From the NCBI RefSeq assembly GCF_036971445.1, contig NC_091481.1:72912001-72976000 (forward strand): a stretch of DNA of 64,000 nucleotides, given 5' to 3'. Positions within the stretch are counted from its first letter, which is position 1, and every line of letters begins with the position of its first letter. The DNA comes from Narcine bancroftii. Taxonomy: Eukaryota. The notes below the pieces were generated by a model, which saw only the letters and a program-made list of their open reading frames with translations, was not told the origin of the DNA and ran no database searches. Positions 1 through 11,320 of this stretch are shown in pieces. Made by a program: the position numbers and the translations under genes.

Positions 1-580
1 AATCCAGAGATCTTTCTTCAAAGTAATATAAGAAGTAAGGAATTAGGCTTCAAATTGGATAAAGTGCAAAAAAGATTTATTATGATAGCCTTAGCTGAAG
101 CAAAAAAATGTATAATGTCAACTTGGAAAATGGAAGAGAGCCTGAGAATACAGCAATGGTAGATGGAAATGAATAAGTGTATTCCACTGGAAAAAATAAC
201 ATACAATTTAAAAAATAAAGTCACATTATTTGAACAAATTTGGGAACCATACATGGAAGATAACAGAGAGAGCTTGCCTCGGACCTCCACCCCCTAAAAT
301 GATAAGAAGACAAAACGACTTGATCCAATGTGTAAAAGTAGATGACACATTTTTCTTGTTTATTTTTCATTGTGTGAAGACATTGTTTAATGGTTTTATT
401 GTATATGTTGAATATTTATTGGTTTTGGAGTGGGGTGGGAAGGGGGAGGGAGGGTAGGGGGGGAAAAAAGGGAGAAAATGCCACTGTGTATATTTAATGA
501 GAAATGTTTGTGTATATATATATATATATTTTAGTTGATATGATTCACAGTGTGAAAAATAAAAAAATATTTAAAAAAAG
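1..580 (+). mobile_element. L1/Tx1-clade LINE 3' fragment
   Basis: Degenerate ORF2 C-terminus (IALAEAKKCIMSTWK), G-rich 3' UTR, AATAAA and A tail. Same family on the minus strand at 59518-60237. Confidence 0.75.
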
Positions 581-647
581 AGACTCTCTTTTGCAAGACC
601 AAATCCTTTCCTTGTCGTTTGTTTTGTAATGAACTATTTGGCAGAGT

Positions 648-1180
648 TTGTGTGCAGTTCTGGCCTCCAAATTATAGGAAGGATATCAATGAGGTAGAGA
701 GGGTGCAGAGGAGATTTACTAAAATGTTGCCTGGATTGCAGTATTTAGAATACGGAGAAAGATTGAGTAGACTGGGTCTTTATTCATTGAAGCGTAGAAG
801 GTTGAGAGGGGATTTGATAGAGGTATTTAAAATTATGAAGGGAATAGATAGAGTAGATGTGAATAGGCCCTTTCCCTTGAAGGAAGGGGAGATTGGAACA
901 AGGGGTCAAAAGTTAAGGGGCAGGGGGCAAAATTTTAGGAGTAATACAAGAAGAAGCTTCTTCACTCAGAGAGTGGGGGCTGATCTTCCGGAAGAGGTGG
1001 TTGGGGCAGGGTCAATTCTGTCATTTTAGAGGAGGTTGGTTGAGTACATGGATGTGAAGGGGTTGGAGGATTAAGGGCAAGGGAGTGGGTAGGTGGAGCT
1101 AGTGGAGTTAACGTAAATCGATGCAGACTAGAAGGGCTGATATGGCCTTTTTCCGTACTGTAAATTGTTATATGGTTATA
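648..1180 (+). mobile_element. CR1 LINE 3' fragment
   Basis: ERVQRRFTKMLPGL...RRRLRGDLIEVFKIMKG is the typical CR1 ORF2 C-terminus. Confidence 0.88.
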
Positions 1181-1499
1181 TGCTTCTCTTTCTCTTATTG
1201 GAAGGGGCGCCGGACAATCTTCACAGTGACTCTGTCTAATGGCAGACTAAAGGAAATTTTGTGTAATATTACACTTTCTGTTTTATTACATGACAATAAA
1301 AGAATTTTGAGTTAGGAGTAATGCTCCTCTGTATTGTCCCATCAAAGACCCCAAGGGCAGTGGTTCCATTAAATAATTCTTCAGCTGGGACACCGTAAGT
1401 TTGATACAGAGCTAGCACATTGCTCCATAATGCATTTCCAAAGCAGGAAGCAAGGCAGTTCAATACATTCGCCATTTGCCCTGTCCTACCCCACACGTA

Positions 1500-2776
1500 G
1501 AGAGAGATACAGGAGGATCAGAGCCTGCACCATCAGGAACAGCTTCTTCCCATGGGCAGTGAGAATACCAAACGACCAAAGGAACTGCTCACAATGACCC
1601 TCCGAGACTCTCATATTCATTAAACAATATTTATTTGTATATATGAATGCTTGTCCTGCATATGTATTGTTTGTCTGTGCATGTATTTTATTAATTGGAG
1701 CATAGAAGGTTGAGAGGGAATTTGATAGAGGTATATAAAATTATGAGGGGAATCATCACCTACGGTTCCTAGAACGCTTCCATCAGCGCTGTCTCCGCTC
1801 CATCCTCAACATTCATTGGAATGACTTCATCACCAACATCGAAGTACTCGAGCTGGCAGAATCCGCAAGCATCGAATCCATGCTGCTGAAGATCCAGCTG
1901 CGCTGGGTGGGTCATGTCTCCAGAATGGAGGACCATCGCCTTCCCAAGATCATGTTATATGGCGAGCTCTCCACTGGCCACCAAGACAGAGGTGCATCAA
2001 AGATGAGGTACAAGGACTGCTTAAAGAAATCTCTTGGTGCCTGCCACATTGACCACCGCCAGTGGGCTGATATCGCCTCCAACCGTGCATCTTGGTGCCT
2101 CACAGTTCGGCGGGCAGCAACCTCCTTTGAAGAAGACCGCAGAGCCCACCTCACTGTCAAAAGACAAAGGAGGAAAAACCCAACACCCAACCCCAACCAA
2201 CCAACTTTCCCTTGCAACCGCTGCAACCGTGTCTGCCTGTCCCGCATCGGACTTGTCAGTCACCAACGAGCCTGCAGCAGACATGGACATACCCCTCCAT
2301 AAATCTTCATCCGCAAAGCCAAGCCAAAGAAGAAGATAAAATTATGAGGGGAATAGATAAGAGTAGATGTGAATAGGCTCTTCCCCATGAGGGTAGGGGA
2401 ATTTAGAACGAGGGGTCATAAGTTAAGGATCAGAGGGCAAAACTTTAGAAGTAGAATAAGAGGAAGCTTCTTCACTCAGAGAGTGGTGGCTGAGTGGAGT
2501 GACCTTCCAGGAGAGGGTCAATTCTATCGTTTAAGAGGAGATTTGATGAGTACATGGATGTGGGGGGTTTGGAGGGTTATGGGCAAGAAGCAGGTTGGTG
2601 GAATAGTGGAGTTTCACTTAAATCGATGCAAATTAGAAGAGTCGATATGGCCTGTTTCTGTACTGTAATTGTTATATGTGCTATGTCTGGTTGTGTGTCT
2701 GCATCTTTTGCACTGAGGTCTGGAGGACGCTGTTTCATTGGGTTGTGCTTGTACAATCGGATGACAAAGTTGACTT
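1500..2776 (+). mobile_element. Rex/Babar-type LINE tail interrupted by a CR1 fragment (about 1690-2677), itself interrupted by an RTE
   Basis: The same LINE tail as 20560-20845 stops near 1690 and resumes near 2678; CR1 sequence is continuous across the RTE insertion. Confidence 0.7.
1754..2335 (+). mobile_element. RTE-clade LINE, 5'-truncated
   Basis: QLRWVGHVSRMEDHRLPKIMLYGEL and C-terminal CxxC..H finger, (AAG)n tail, perfect 19-bp TSD ATAAAATTATGAGGGGAAT (1735-1753, 2336-2354). Confidence 0.92.
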
Positions 2777-2852
2777 GCCATCCAGTGGATGCAGACTGGA
2801 AGGAAATTTCCATAGTGACAAGCCACCATTTTAGGGCCATCCAGCATCCTAC

Positions 2853-2904
2853 CTGATTGTCAAGCCTCTTCTGACGCAGCCTCTGGCCATCCTCATCCAA
2901 AACA
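2853..2904 (-). CDS. TULP2: Tubby-family protein, conserved N-terminal 52-nt exon (VLDEDGQRLRQKRLDNQ); rest of gene lies left of the window
   Basis: Acceptor tctctcttccgcacAG and donor CAG|GTagga; phase 2 to 0. Peptide matches the TUB/TULP N-terminal motif (TUB SVLDDEGRNLRQQKLDRQ). Family is from sequence; the TULP2 name rests on head-to-head position with NUCB1, as in human. Confidence 0.7.
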
Positions 2905-3334
2905 CTGTGCGGAAGAGAGACAGGATGTCAATGTACACAGTGAAGTGCGGGCACTGGTGTGTAGCTAGGGGTGATGTTGAACAGGTGAGTAAGGTTGACA
3001 AACCATGGAGGTGGATTTGGAGTGGAGGGACAGTAGAGGGAGGATTGGATTGATGATGGGAGGAGGGAGGCAGTGGGTCTGGATTGGTGGCAAGGTTAAG
3101 GAGTGAGTGACAGGAGGAGATGGTTTTGGATTGGTTGGTGGGGGGTGAGAAGGAGGGAGTGGAGCAGGGACTGGGTTAGTTGGAGTGAGAATGGAGCATT
3201 AGGGGATGGGTCTAGGTTGGATGGACCAGGAGCACAGAATAGGAGAGATTGCTGCAGATGTGGACAGGAATGTGCGGAGTGCATCAGGTGGAATGGGCCC
3301 TTAGTGAGGGAATCCTCCCCCTTTACATCATGGG

Positions 3335-3775
3335 TGGAGAGTGTGGCACTGAGCCAGAGTCAGTTCACTGACACCCCAGCCGCCTGTCACTTCTGCGGCT
3401 GAGAGAAAACTGTGTCCCATGTGTACGTGGAATGTGAAAGGTTGCAGCCCCTCTTCACCTACCTGAAGGGGGGCTTATGTTCCATATGTTCTGGCTGCAC
3501 TTCAGCCCATGCTCCTGATCTTTGGGTGCGCGGCATGAGGCGTGGGGGGGTCAGGCATTCGGTGGCTCTCCTTGAGGGGATGTTGTTGGACCTGGATAAC
3601 CTGGCTATTCACGGGTTGAGATGGTGGGCAGTTGAGGGTATGGGGCGAGCAGAATGCCTGCCCCTTTCAGGGTTACGTCTGATCTGTGTGATGTTGAAGC
3701 GGGAACACGTGGTGTCTGAGAGGATGGTGGCCAAGTTCCGGGAATGGTGGGCTTCCCAGGGATCACGTGCATTGT
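3335..3775 (+). mobile_element. Tx1-type LINE remnant (zf-RVT region)
   Basis: ACHFCG...TVSHVYVECERLQPLF across a frameshift. Confidence 0.65.
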
Positions 3776-5074
3776 AGAAGTAAATCACAAAAGCCTGCAA
3801 ACACCATGGTTGAAGTAAAAACACAAATTGCTGGGGAAACTCAGCAGGTCAAACAGTGTCCTTAATGTAGTAAAGATAATGATACAGAACCAACCTTTCA
3901 GGCTTGAGCCCTTCATCAACAGAAGAATGGTATTAATCTACTGCTTCTCATGAATTTCCAACAATGTAAATAGAGTGTTTAAATGTGCTTGTTTTGTTGT
4001 TGTTTTTCATTTGAATAAACTTTGGTTAAAAAAAAGTTGTGAATTGTGTGCAGGAGGGGAAGTGTTTTTGGGAGTGATGTGCTGTAGTGGTGGGCAGAAT
4101 GCAGAGCTGAGAACAGGACAGAGCTGGAGAAAGAAGGCAAAGCAACATCCCCCACACACAACTCTCTGGGCAAAGCAAGCCTTGGGATACCAGGAAGGGA
4201 AGGAAACATCTGAACTGAAAAAGGCAGAAAGTTAATTCACATTTACCTTCCTGGGAGAATTGTAGAATACATTGAAGAGTTTTCAGCCCTAAGATTACAG
4301 AGGGAGGGAGGAAGTGACAGACGGACAGACAATGCAGGATGAAAAGACAGAGTTACTGTTAATTACATTAATAATGTTTCATCATTATGACTACATTTCC
4401 TACACATTGGATTCTCCCAGTGTGACAACGGAAGGCTAAGGCTACAGCACTAACTTGCAACTGCACCGAGGATTTAACATCGTAGAATGCCTCCAGACAG
4501 AAAACTGACACTGCACCACACAAGCAGATATTGCAATGAGCAACCAAAAGGTTAGTTAAATGGGTAACTTTTAAACCTTTGGACTACGTGTCCCTATTTT
4601 CAGGGACTACCAACAAGGGCATATACTCCATGTCTCTGTTTTCTGAGACTGGTTTTGTACCCGACTATCAGCTGGTTTGAACTGGTGCTTGTACTGGAGT
4701 TTACCCATGGACCTCGTCCAGAGTGTATATTAAGCAAGGTTAAAAATGGCCAGAGTCCACAGGGTTAAGAAACCTCTTGCAAGGAGGATGGAGGGGGAGA
4801 AATTTTCAGGCAAAATCCAGAATTCAGGGTTAAAGCAGCTGAAGTTATAATTAGGAATAGACAAGAGGCCAGAAATGGAGGAGTAAGAGAAGGTGAAGGG
4901 TAATCAGGAAGGGGCAGTGTGGCTACAGAATCGGATGGGTTCAGTAATAGCACCATCATTCGATCAGGATTAAACAAGACTGGTCTGGGTAAGTTTCTGC
5001 ACAAGGGTGGGAACTAAGTGACAAAGTTTACAGCGGGAATTGTAAATAGCAGAAGTAAAACAATAATCTGCAGA

Positions 5075-5410
5075 CACCGAGGTTGAAGTAAAAACACAAT
5101 GTGGCAGAAACTCAGCAGCTCAAACAGTAAACTTTATATAACACAGATAAAGGGACAGAACCAACGTTTCAGGCTTGAGCCCTTCATCGAGATACGAGCA
5201 AAATGTAGGCAGGCGCCGTGTACTTTAAATAACATAGATAAAGGGATATAACCAACGTGTTGTTCATACCTCGATAAAGGGATATAACCAACGTGTTGTT
5301 CATACCTCGATAAAGGGCTCAAGCCTGAAACATTGGTTATGTCCCTTTATCTTTGCTACAAAAAGTACACTGTGTGACCTGCTGAGTTTCTCCAGCATCG
5401 TGATTTTATT
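5075..5410. mobile_element. Penelope-like element termini in inverted arrangement
   Basis: 5075-5260 minus-oriented and 5300-5410 plus-oriented copies of the same terminus, with a 37-nt local duplication at the junction. Confidence 0.7.
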
Positions 5411-6767
5411 TTATTGGAAATAGCACTTAGGTCTTTTCAATATTTGGTTAGAAATATTTTTGGCCTCCCAGCAGAGGACAAGGCTGGATTAAAATGAAGA
5501 GACAGCAATGGAGGGGGTCTCAGGAATGGTGGTGAAGACAATGCTGGGTGTAAAACCTAGACAACACTCTGCAGGACAGAGCACTTGCCCCTGGAAGGGT
5601 TACATTAATAAATCATTGACGTGAACCATCACAACATGAGCACAGATTGTCCTTTCAGCACCCTTTAAATGCTGTTTTCCCAAGGGGCTGATTGATTAGA
5701 GCTGACAATTTAAAGCAGATCAGAACCTGCTCCAGCTGTCAAGAGATTTTAGTTCTGAGGAGAACCTGCTAAGATGGTATCAGTGCAATAAAATCCATGC
5801 ACAGAATTTCAGATCCGTTATTTGCAATGCTACTTGCTTTCCTCATTTTAGATTCCTGCATGGACACCAGCTCTGGCCCTGCCTGACAACAGTCCACTCA
5901 GTGACAACGTGAAATCGGAGTGAGGCTCCCTCCTTCACATCTCAATCAATGTGCCTCATCTGAGGTCAGAGAAGATGCACGAGATTCCTTTAGTGAGAGC
6001 CATTCAATTCAAACCTGTGCAATAACGTCCCTGGGACTGGTTGGAAGTGAGAGCTTGTGGATTACTCATTATTAGAGTTTACTCATGAAGGTATGTAATT
6101 GGTGATGGGAGTGTTATCACTCTCATTAATATCACTGAGAGTTGCCAAGGGGAGAGAAAGAACTGAAGAAATAACATTTACAGCTTTTACTCAGCGTGAT
6201 GCAGGAAGAAGTTATTCCGAACCTGAATCATCCCTCAATGCCTCTCTCATACATCTGACTCTTTCCTTATGCCATTGTAGGACATTGATTTAGATTTACA
6301 GAGAAGATTACAAGTGAATTCAGGATGTATTTTTACACCAACAAAGTAGAAGAGGGTTGGCACCTCACTTACTTAAGGGGTGAAGGGGACAAAGACATTC
6401 CTCACACTTTTCTACATTATATTCCACCTGGTACGCATTAGCCTAGTCACCACACTCACCCCTCATTCTCCCCACGCACATCCTCTAGCATTCCCTTTCC
6501 CCTCACTCGCCCCTCGTATTCCCCCTCCTTCCTTTCCCCAAACTCCATGCATTTCCTCTCCCTCATTCAAACCCATTCTACCTAAACTCATTCCTGGAAT
6601 TAACTCTCTTTTCCAAAAACATGCTGGAAACGTTCCTGCTGGGAACCCCTATCACTTCAAGCCCTCTTGACCTTCTCCTCGCTTGTTGACCCCAAAGAGG
6701 TCATTGGTAAAGATGCGGTGTTAGCAGGGTAGGTCCCAGGGTTCCACACATGTACCAGAATACTCAC

Positions 6768-6814
6768 AGATCGGTTTTGCCCTCCACTTGAAAACCATCC
6801 AGTTGGAACAGCAT
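6768..6814 (-). CDS. Candidate first coding exon of the tubby-family gene (MLFQLDGFQVEGKTD + 2 nt)
   Basis: 47 nt, begins with ATG right after acceptor aacaAG, ends at strong donor CT|GTGAGTA in phase 2, matching the 2853-2904 exon. No homology recognised. Confidence 0.4.
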
Positions 6815-7639
6815 CTTGTTACAAGAATGAGTGTGAGGAGGGAGGGTTGTGTGTTCAGGGCAGCAGGTGACAGCTAATCCCCCAAATGCTGATGCTCAAA
6901 TTAGCAGGTAATCGGATTGATAAAGGTTTAATGCAGACTAACAGCGGAGTTTGGTAACTGGTTAAAGTCGTCTAGAAATAAAGAGAAGGCACAGTGGTTC
7001 TGACGGTCAATCCTGACACCAGTCTCCAGGTCCCATCCTTCCTCCTGTGCCTGCATCTTTGCCCACTGCTCTCTGGTGTTCTTGACACGGGGGTTCACCA
7101 CTCTGGGGCCAGCCAGGGGCATTTATCAGCACCCACTCCAGCCACAGATGTTATTCAGCAATCTTGCCAGCCCTCAGCTCTGCATGACTGGGCAGTGGGT
7201 GCCCGCCTGCTGGAGATGGGCATTGATGCCAGTCACATCCTGGTACCTTGCTCTGGTGCCCCCCCCCACATCCATGATGCAAACCTAGAGCCCCCCCTGG
7301 ACTCCCCTTCCTCTGGCTGCCCAACTCCCCTCCCCATCCACCCTCTGGGCTGCCCTGCCCCTTCCTCCCTCCTCCCCTGACCTCTCTGGGCTGCCCTACC
7401 TCTCTTCCCCCCCCGCCCCCCCCCTGGCTCCCCCTTTCCAGTTTCTTAACCCCTTCCTGAGCTCTCCCCTTCCACTCTTCCCACCACCAAATCCCCCCCA
7501 CTCTCCCACCACCGATTCCTCCCCACTCCCCCCGCCACCAATTCACCCCCCCAACAATCCGCCCCCTACCACCACCAATTTCTCCCCCCCTTCCTTCCTC
7601 ACCCAGGACTCCCTTCCACTCGTCTCCGCACCCCCCCGG

Positions 7640-9270
7640 CCCCCTCCTCCCCCACCGGGTTCCGCACCCCCCGGCCCCCTCCCCCCCCACCGGGTACCGC
7701 ACCCCCACCGGGTACCGCACCCCCACCGGGTACCGCACCCCCCCCGGCCCCCTCCCCCCGCCCCGGGTTCCGCACCCCCCGGTCCCCTCTTCCCGCCCCG
7801 GGTTCCGCACCCCCCGGCCCCCTCCACCCCGCCCCGGGTTCCCCGGCCCCCTCCCCCCCGGCCCCCTCCCCCCCGCCCCGGGTTCCCCGGCCCCCTCCCC
7901 CCCGCCCCGGGTTCCCCGGCCCCCTCCCCCCCCGCCCCGGGTTCCCCGGCCCCCTCCCCCCCCGCCCCGGGTTCCCCGGCCCCCTCCCCCCCGCCCCGGG
8001 TTCCCCGGCCCCCTCCCCCCCCGCCCCGGGTTCCCCGGCCCCCTCCCCCCCCGCCCCGGGTTCCCCGGCCCCCTCCCCCCCCGCCCCGGGTTCCCCGGCC
8101 CCCTCCCCCCCGCCCCGGGTTCCCCGGCCCCCTCCCCCCCCGCCCCGGGTTCCCCGGCCCCCTCCCCCCCCGCCCCGGGTTCCCCGGCCCCCTCCCCCCC
8201 CGCCCCGGGTTCCCCGGCCCCCTCCCCCCCCCGCCCCGGGTTCCCCGGCCCCCTCCCCACCGCCCCGGGTTCCCCGGCCCCCTCCCCCCCCCGCCCCGGG
8301 TTCCCCGGCCCCCTCCCCCCCCGCCCCGGGTTCCCCGGCCCCCTCCCCCCCGCCCCGGGTTCCCCGGCCCCCTCCCCCCCCGCCCCGGGTTCCCCGGCCC
8401 CCTCCCCCCCCGCCCCGGGTTCCCCGGCCCCCTCCCCCCCGCCCCGGGTTCCCCGGCCCCCTCCCCCCCCGCCCCGGGTTCCCCGGCCCCCTCCCCCCCG
8501 CCCCGGGTTCCCCGGCCCCCTCCCCCCCGGGTTCCCCGGCCCCCTCCCCCCCGCCCCGGGTTCCCCGGCCCCCTCCCCCCCCGCCCCGGGTTCCCCGGCC
8601 CCCTCCCCCCCGCCCCGGGTTCCCCGGCCCCCTCCCCCCCCGCCCCGGGTTCCCCACCCCCCCGGCCCCCTCCCCCCCCGCCCCGGGTTCCCCACCCCCC
8701 CGGCCCCCTCCCCCCCCGCCCCGGGTTCCTCACCCCCCCTGGCCCCCTCTCCCCCGGGTTCCCCTCCCCCCCGGGTTCCCCACCCCCCCCGGCCCCCTCC
8801 TCCCCCGGGTTCCCCCCGGCCCCCTTCCACCCCGGGTTCCCCCCGGCCTCCCCTCCTCCCCCGGGTTCCCCACCCCCCCGGGTTCCCCACCTCTCCCGGC
8901 CCCCTCCTCCCCCGGGTTCCCCACCCCCTCGGGTACCCCCCCCCCGGCCCCCTCCCCCCCCGGGTTCCCCTCCCCCCCCGGGTTCCCCTCCCCCCCCGGG
9001 TTCCTCACCCACCCCCGGCCCCCTCCACCCCCGGGTTCCCCCCCGGCCCCCTTCCCCCCCGGCCTCCCCTCCTCCCCTGGGTTCCCCTCCCCCCCCGGCC
9101 TCCCCTGGGTTCCCCTCCCCCCCCGGCCTCCCCTCCTCCCCCGGGTTCCCCACCCCCCCGGGTTCCCCCCCCCCGGCTCCCTCCTCCCCCGGGTTCCCCA
9201 CCCCCCCGGGTTCCCCACCCCCCCGGGTTCCCCACCCCCCCGGGTTCCCCACCCCCCCGGGTTCCCCGGC
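7640..9270. repeat. Extremely GC-rich minisatellite, unit about 29-31 bp (CCCCGGGTTCCCCGGCCCCCTCCCCCCCG)
   Basis: Homogeneous core about 7870-8640 with degenerate flanks; strong C/G strand skew. Confidence 0.97.
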
Positions 9271-9317
9271 CCCCCCTACTTCCCCGCACTCCCCTCCTTT
9301 CCCCGGACTCCCCCTAC

Positions 9318-9430
9318 CTGACTATGGAACGCCCACCCGCAGCGGCTCCGCTACTTCCAGCTACGGCTCCTGCCAGGAACACGTGGACCCTGCCATTGGC
9401 CCGCGGTTGCCCTGGCACCACGTCACCGCA
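9318..9430 (-). promoter_or_regulatory. Probable promoter and first exon of the tubby-family gene
   Basis: CpG-rich patch with donor CAG|GTAGGG at 9318/9317. Contains RFX X-box-like GTTGCCCTGGCACC (9406-9419), E-box CACGTG (9380-9385) and CCACGTCA (9418-9425). Confidence 0.5.
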
Positions 9431-9599
9431 GGGTGAAACGCTCCCTTTATCACGCAACATGTCACCGCTGGCTGTAAACGGTGTGGTCAGTTCCTGGAGT
9501 GGCCAGTGGTCAATCCCTGGTGCCCCTGGAGTGGTCAATCCCTGAGACCCCTGGCTGGAGAATTTTAGCAGGTCACAAAGCATCCACAGGAATGCTTTA

Positions 9600-10340
9600 T
9601 TTTATTTTTCAAATGTATTGTCAGAGATTATTTTTCCTGCTGGGCCAGGGAGAATTACCACTTATTGGCAGTACAAACTGGACACAATGTACACATGTCA
9701 ACAAATAATGAAATGTCAACAAACTGACTGTGCAATACAGAGAGAATAAAATAATCAATAAAGTGCACAAGTAAGTCCTTAAATGAGTCCCTGATTGAGT
9801 TTGTCATTGAGGAGTCTGAAGGTGGAGGGGTAGCAGCTGTTCCTGAACCTGGTGGTGTGAGTATTGTAGCACCTAGACCTCTTTCCTGATGGTAGCAGCA
9901 GGAACAGAGAGTGTGCTGGGTGGTGTGGATCCTTGATGATTGCTGCTGCTCTCCCATGGCAGTGTTCCCTATAGATGCTTTCCATGGTGGGAAGGGGTTT
10001 GCCTGTGATGTCCTAGGCTGCGTCCATTACCTTTTGCAGAGCTTTATGCTCAGGGATATTGGTGTCCCTATGATGCAGTGGTCAGCACTCTTTCCACCAC
10101 ACCTCCGTAGAAATTTGCCTGAAGTACAGGCACTGAGATGTGCTTTCTGCATGATGTCATTATTGTGTTGGGTCCAGCAAAGAGCCTCTGAGATAGTGAC
10201 TCCCAAGAACCTCTGATCCCCCAATGATCACTGGGTTGTACACCTCTGGCTTTCCCTTCCTGAAGTCAACAATCAGCTCTTAAACTAAGTGACATTGAGT
10301 GTGAGATTGTTGTTGGTGCACCATTCAGCCAAGTTTCCAA
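9600..10340 (-). mobile_element. Rex/Babar-type LINE 3' fragment
   Basis: IIKDPHHPAHSLFLLLPSGKR...TTRFRNSCYP C-terminal motif. Confidence 0.75.
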
Positions 10341-10344
10341 TGCA

Positions 10345-10760
10345 AAGAAAGAAAACAATGTTTCAGTTCTGACCCAGGATATAACCAAAAAGCAGGCAGG
10401 GCGCCTAAATTAAAAGGTAGGAGGAGATGGGAAGAGCACAGGCAAGATGTCATAAGTGGCAATGGGTAGAGAGTAAAAGCTGAGAAGTGATAGGGGAGGG
10501 GGGGGGGTGGCTCTGTGAATGGAAAGGGAAGGGGGTGGTAGCTGGAGGAATGGAGACAGAGGGATGGGGAAGAGAGGGAGAGGTCTGGCAGAAACCAGAC
10601 CAGTTGATGATGATGCCATCCGGTTGGAGAGTGCCCAGGCGGAAAATTAGGTGTTGTTCCTCCAACTTGTGGGCGGGTCGGTTTGGCCGTCCTTGAGACC
10701 AAGACACGTTGGAGTGTGAATGGGGAACAGAGCCGCAATGGGTGGCCACTGGGAGGTCCC
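10345..10760 (-). mobile_element. Penelope-like element fragment (GIY-YIG C-terminus)
   Basis: [18 protein letters not shown] motif. Related copies at 26030-26600(+), 27140-27595(+), 40715-41200(-), 47745-48325(+), 53140-53460(-). Confidence 0.75.
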
Positions 10761-10871
10761 TGCTCTTGTAGAGGATTTACTTAATGAAAATAAACCTGAT
10801 TCTGAGATGTTGGGGTGAAAAAGACTCTGCTGGAAGGTGACTTGGCCCAGGGGACATTGCTGGATCCATTG

Positions 10872-11320
10872 CTGCCACCTTACCATGTTCAGTGGCCACC
10901 TCTCCATCTCTATGTCCCAGTATCCACCTCACTTCATCCAGTGGCCACCTTACCATGTTCAATGGCCACCTCTTCATCTGTATGTCCCAGTATCCACCTC
11001 ACTTCATCCAGTGACCACCTTATCATGTTCAGTGTCCACCTCTCCATCTCTATATCCCAGTATCCACCTAATTTCATCCAGTGGCCACCTCTCCATCTCT
11101 ATGTCCCAGTATCCACCTCACTTCATCCAGTGGCCACCTTACCATGTTCAGTGTCCACCTCTCCATCTCTATATCCCAGTATCCACCTCACTTCATCCAG
11201 TGGCCATCTCACCCTGTCCAGTGACCACCTCAATGTATCCAATAGTCACCACACCCCGACTAGTGCTCATCTCACCTTATCCAGTGGCCACCTCTCCATC
11301 CCCCTGTCCAGTGGCCACGT
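10872..11320. repeat. 70-bp higher-order tandem repeat built of CAGT(GG/AT)CCACCT subunits
   Basis: Units start at 10890, 10960 and 11030; the array runs directly into the NUCB1 promoter. Confidence 0.92.

Noticed and set aside
7151-9289. Long Gly/Arg/Pro-rich ORFs (579, 569, 352 aa) resembling collagen or EBNA1-like proteins
   Set aside because: Artefacts of a stop-free minisatellite; open in all three frames, no Gly-X-Y register, unit length varies.
10872-11320. Regularly spaced repeats resembling a CRISPR array (also 15769-15997 and 61890-62135)
   Set aside because: Spacers are themselves repeated, the context is vertebrate, and there are no cas genes.
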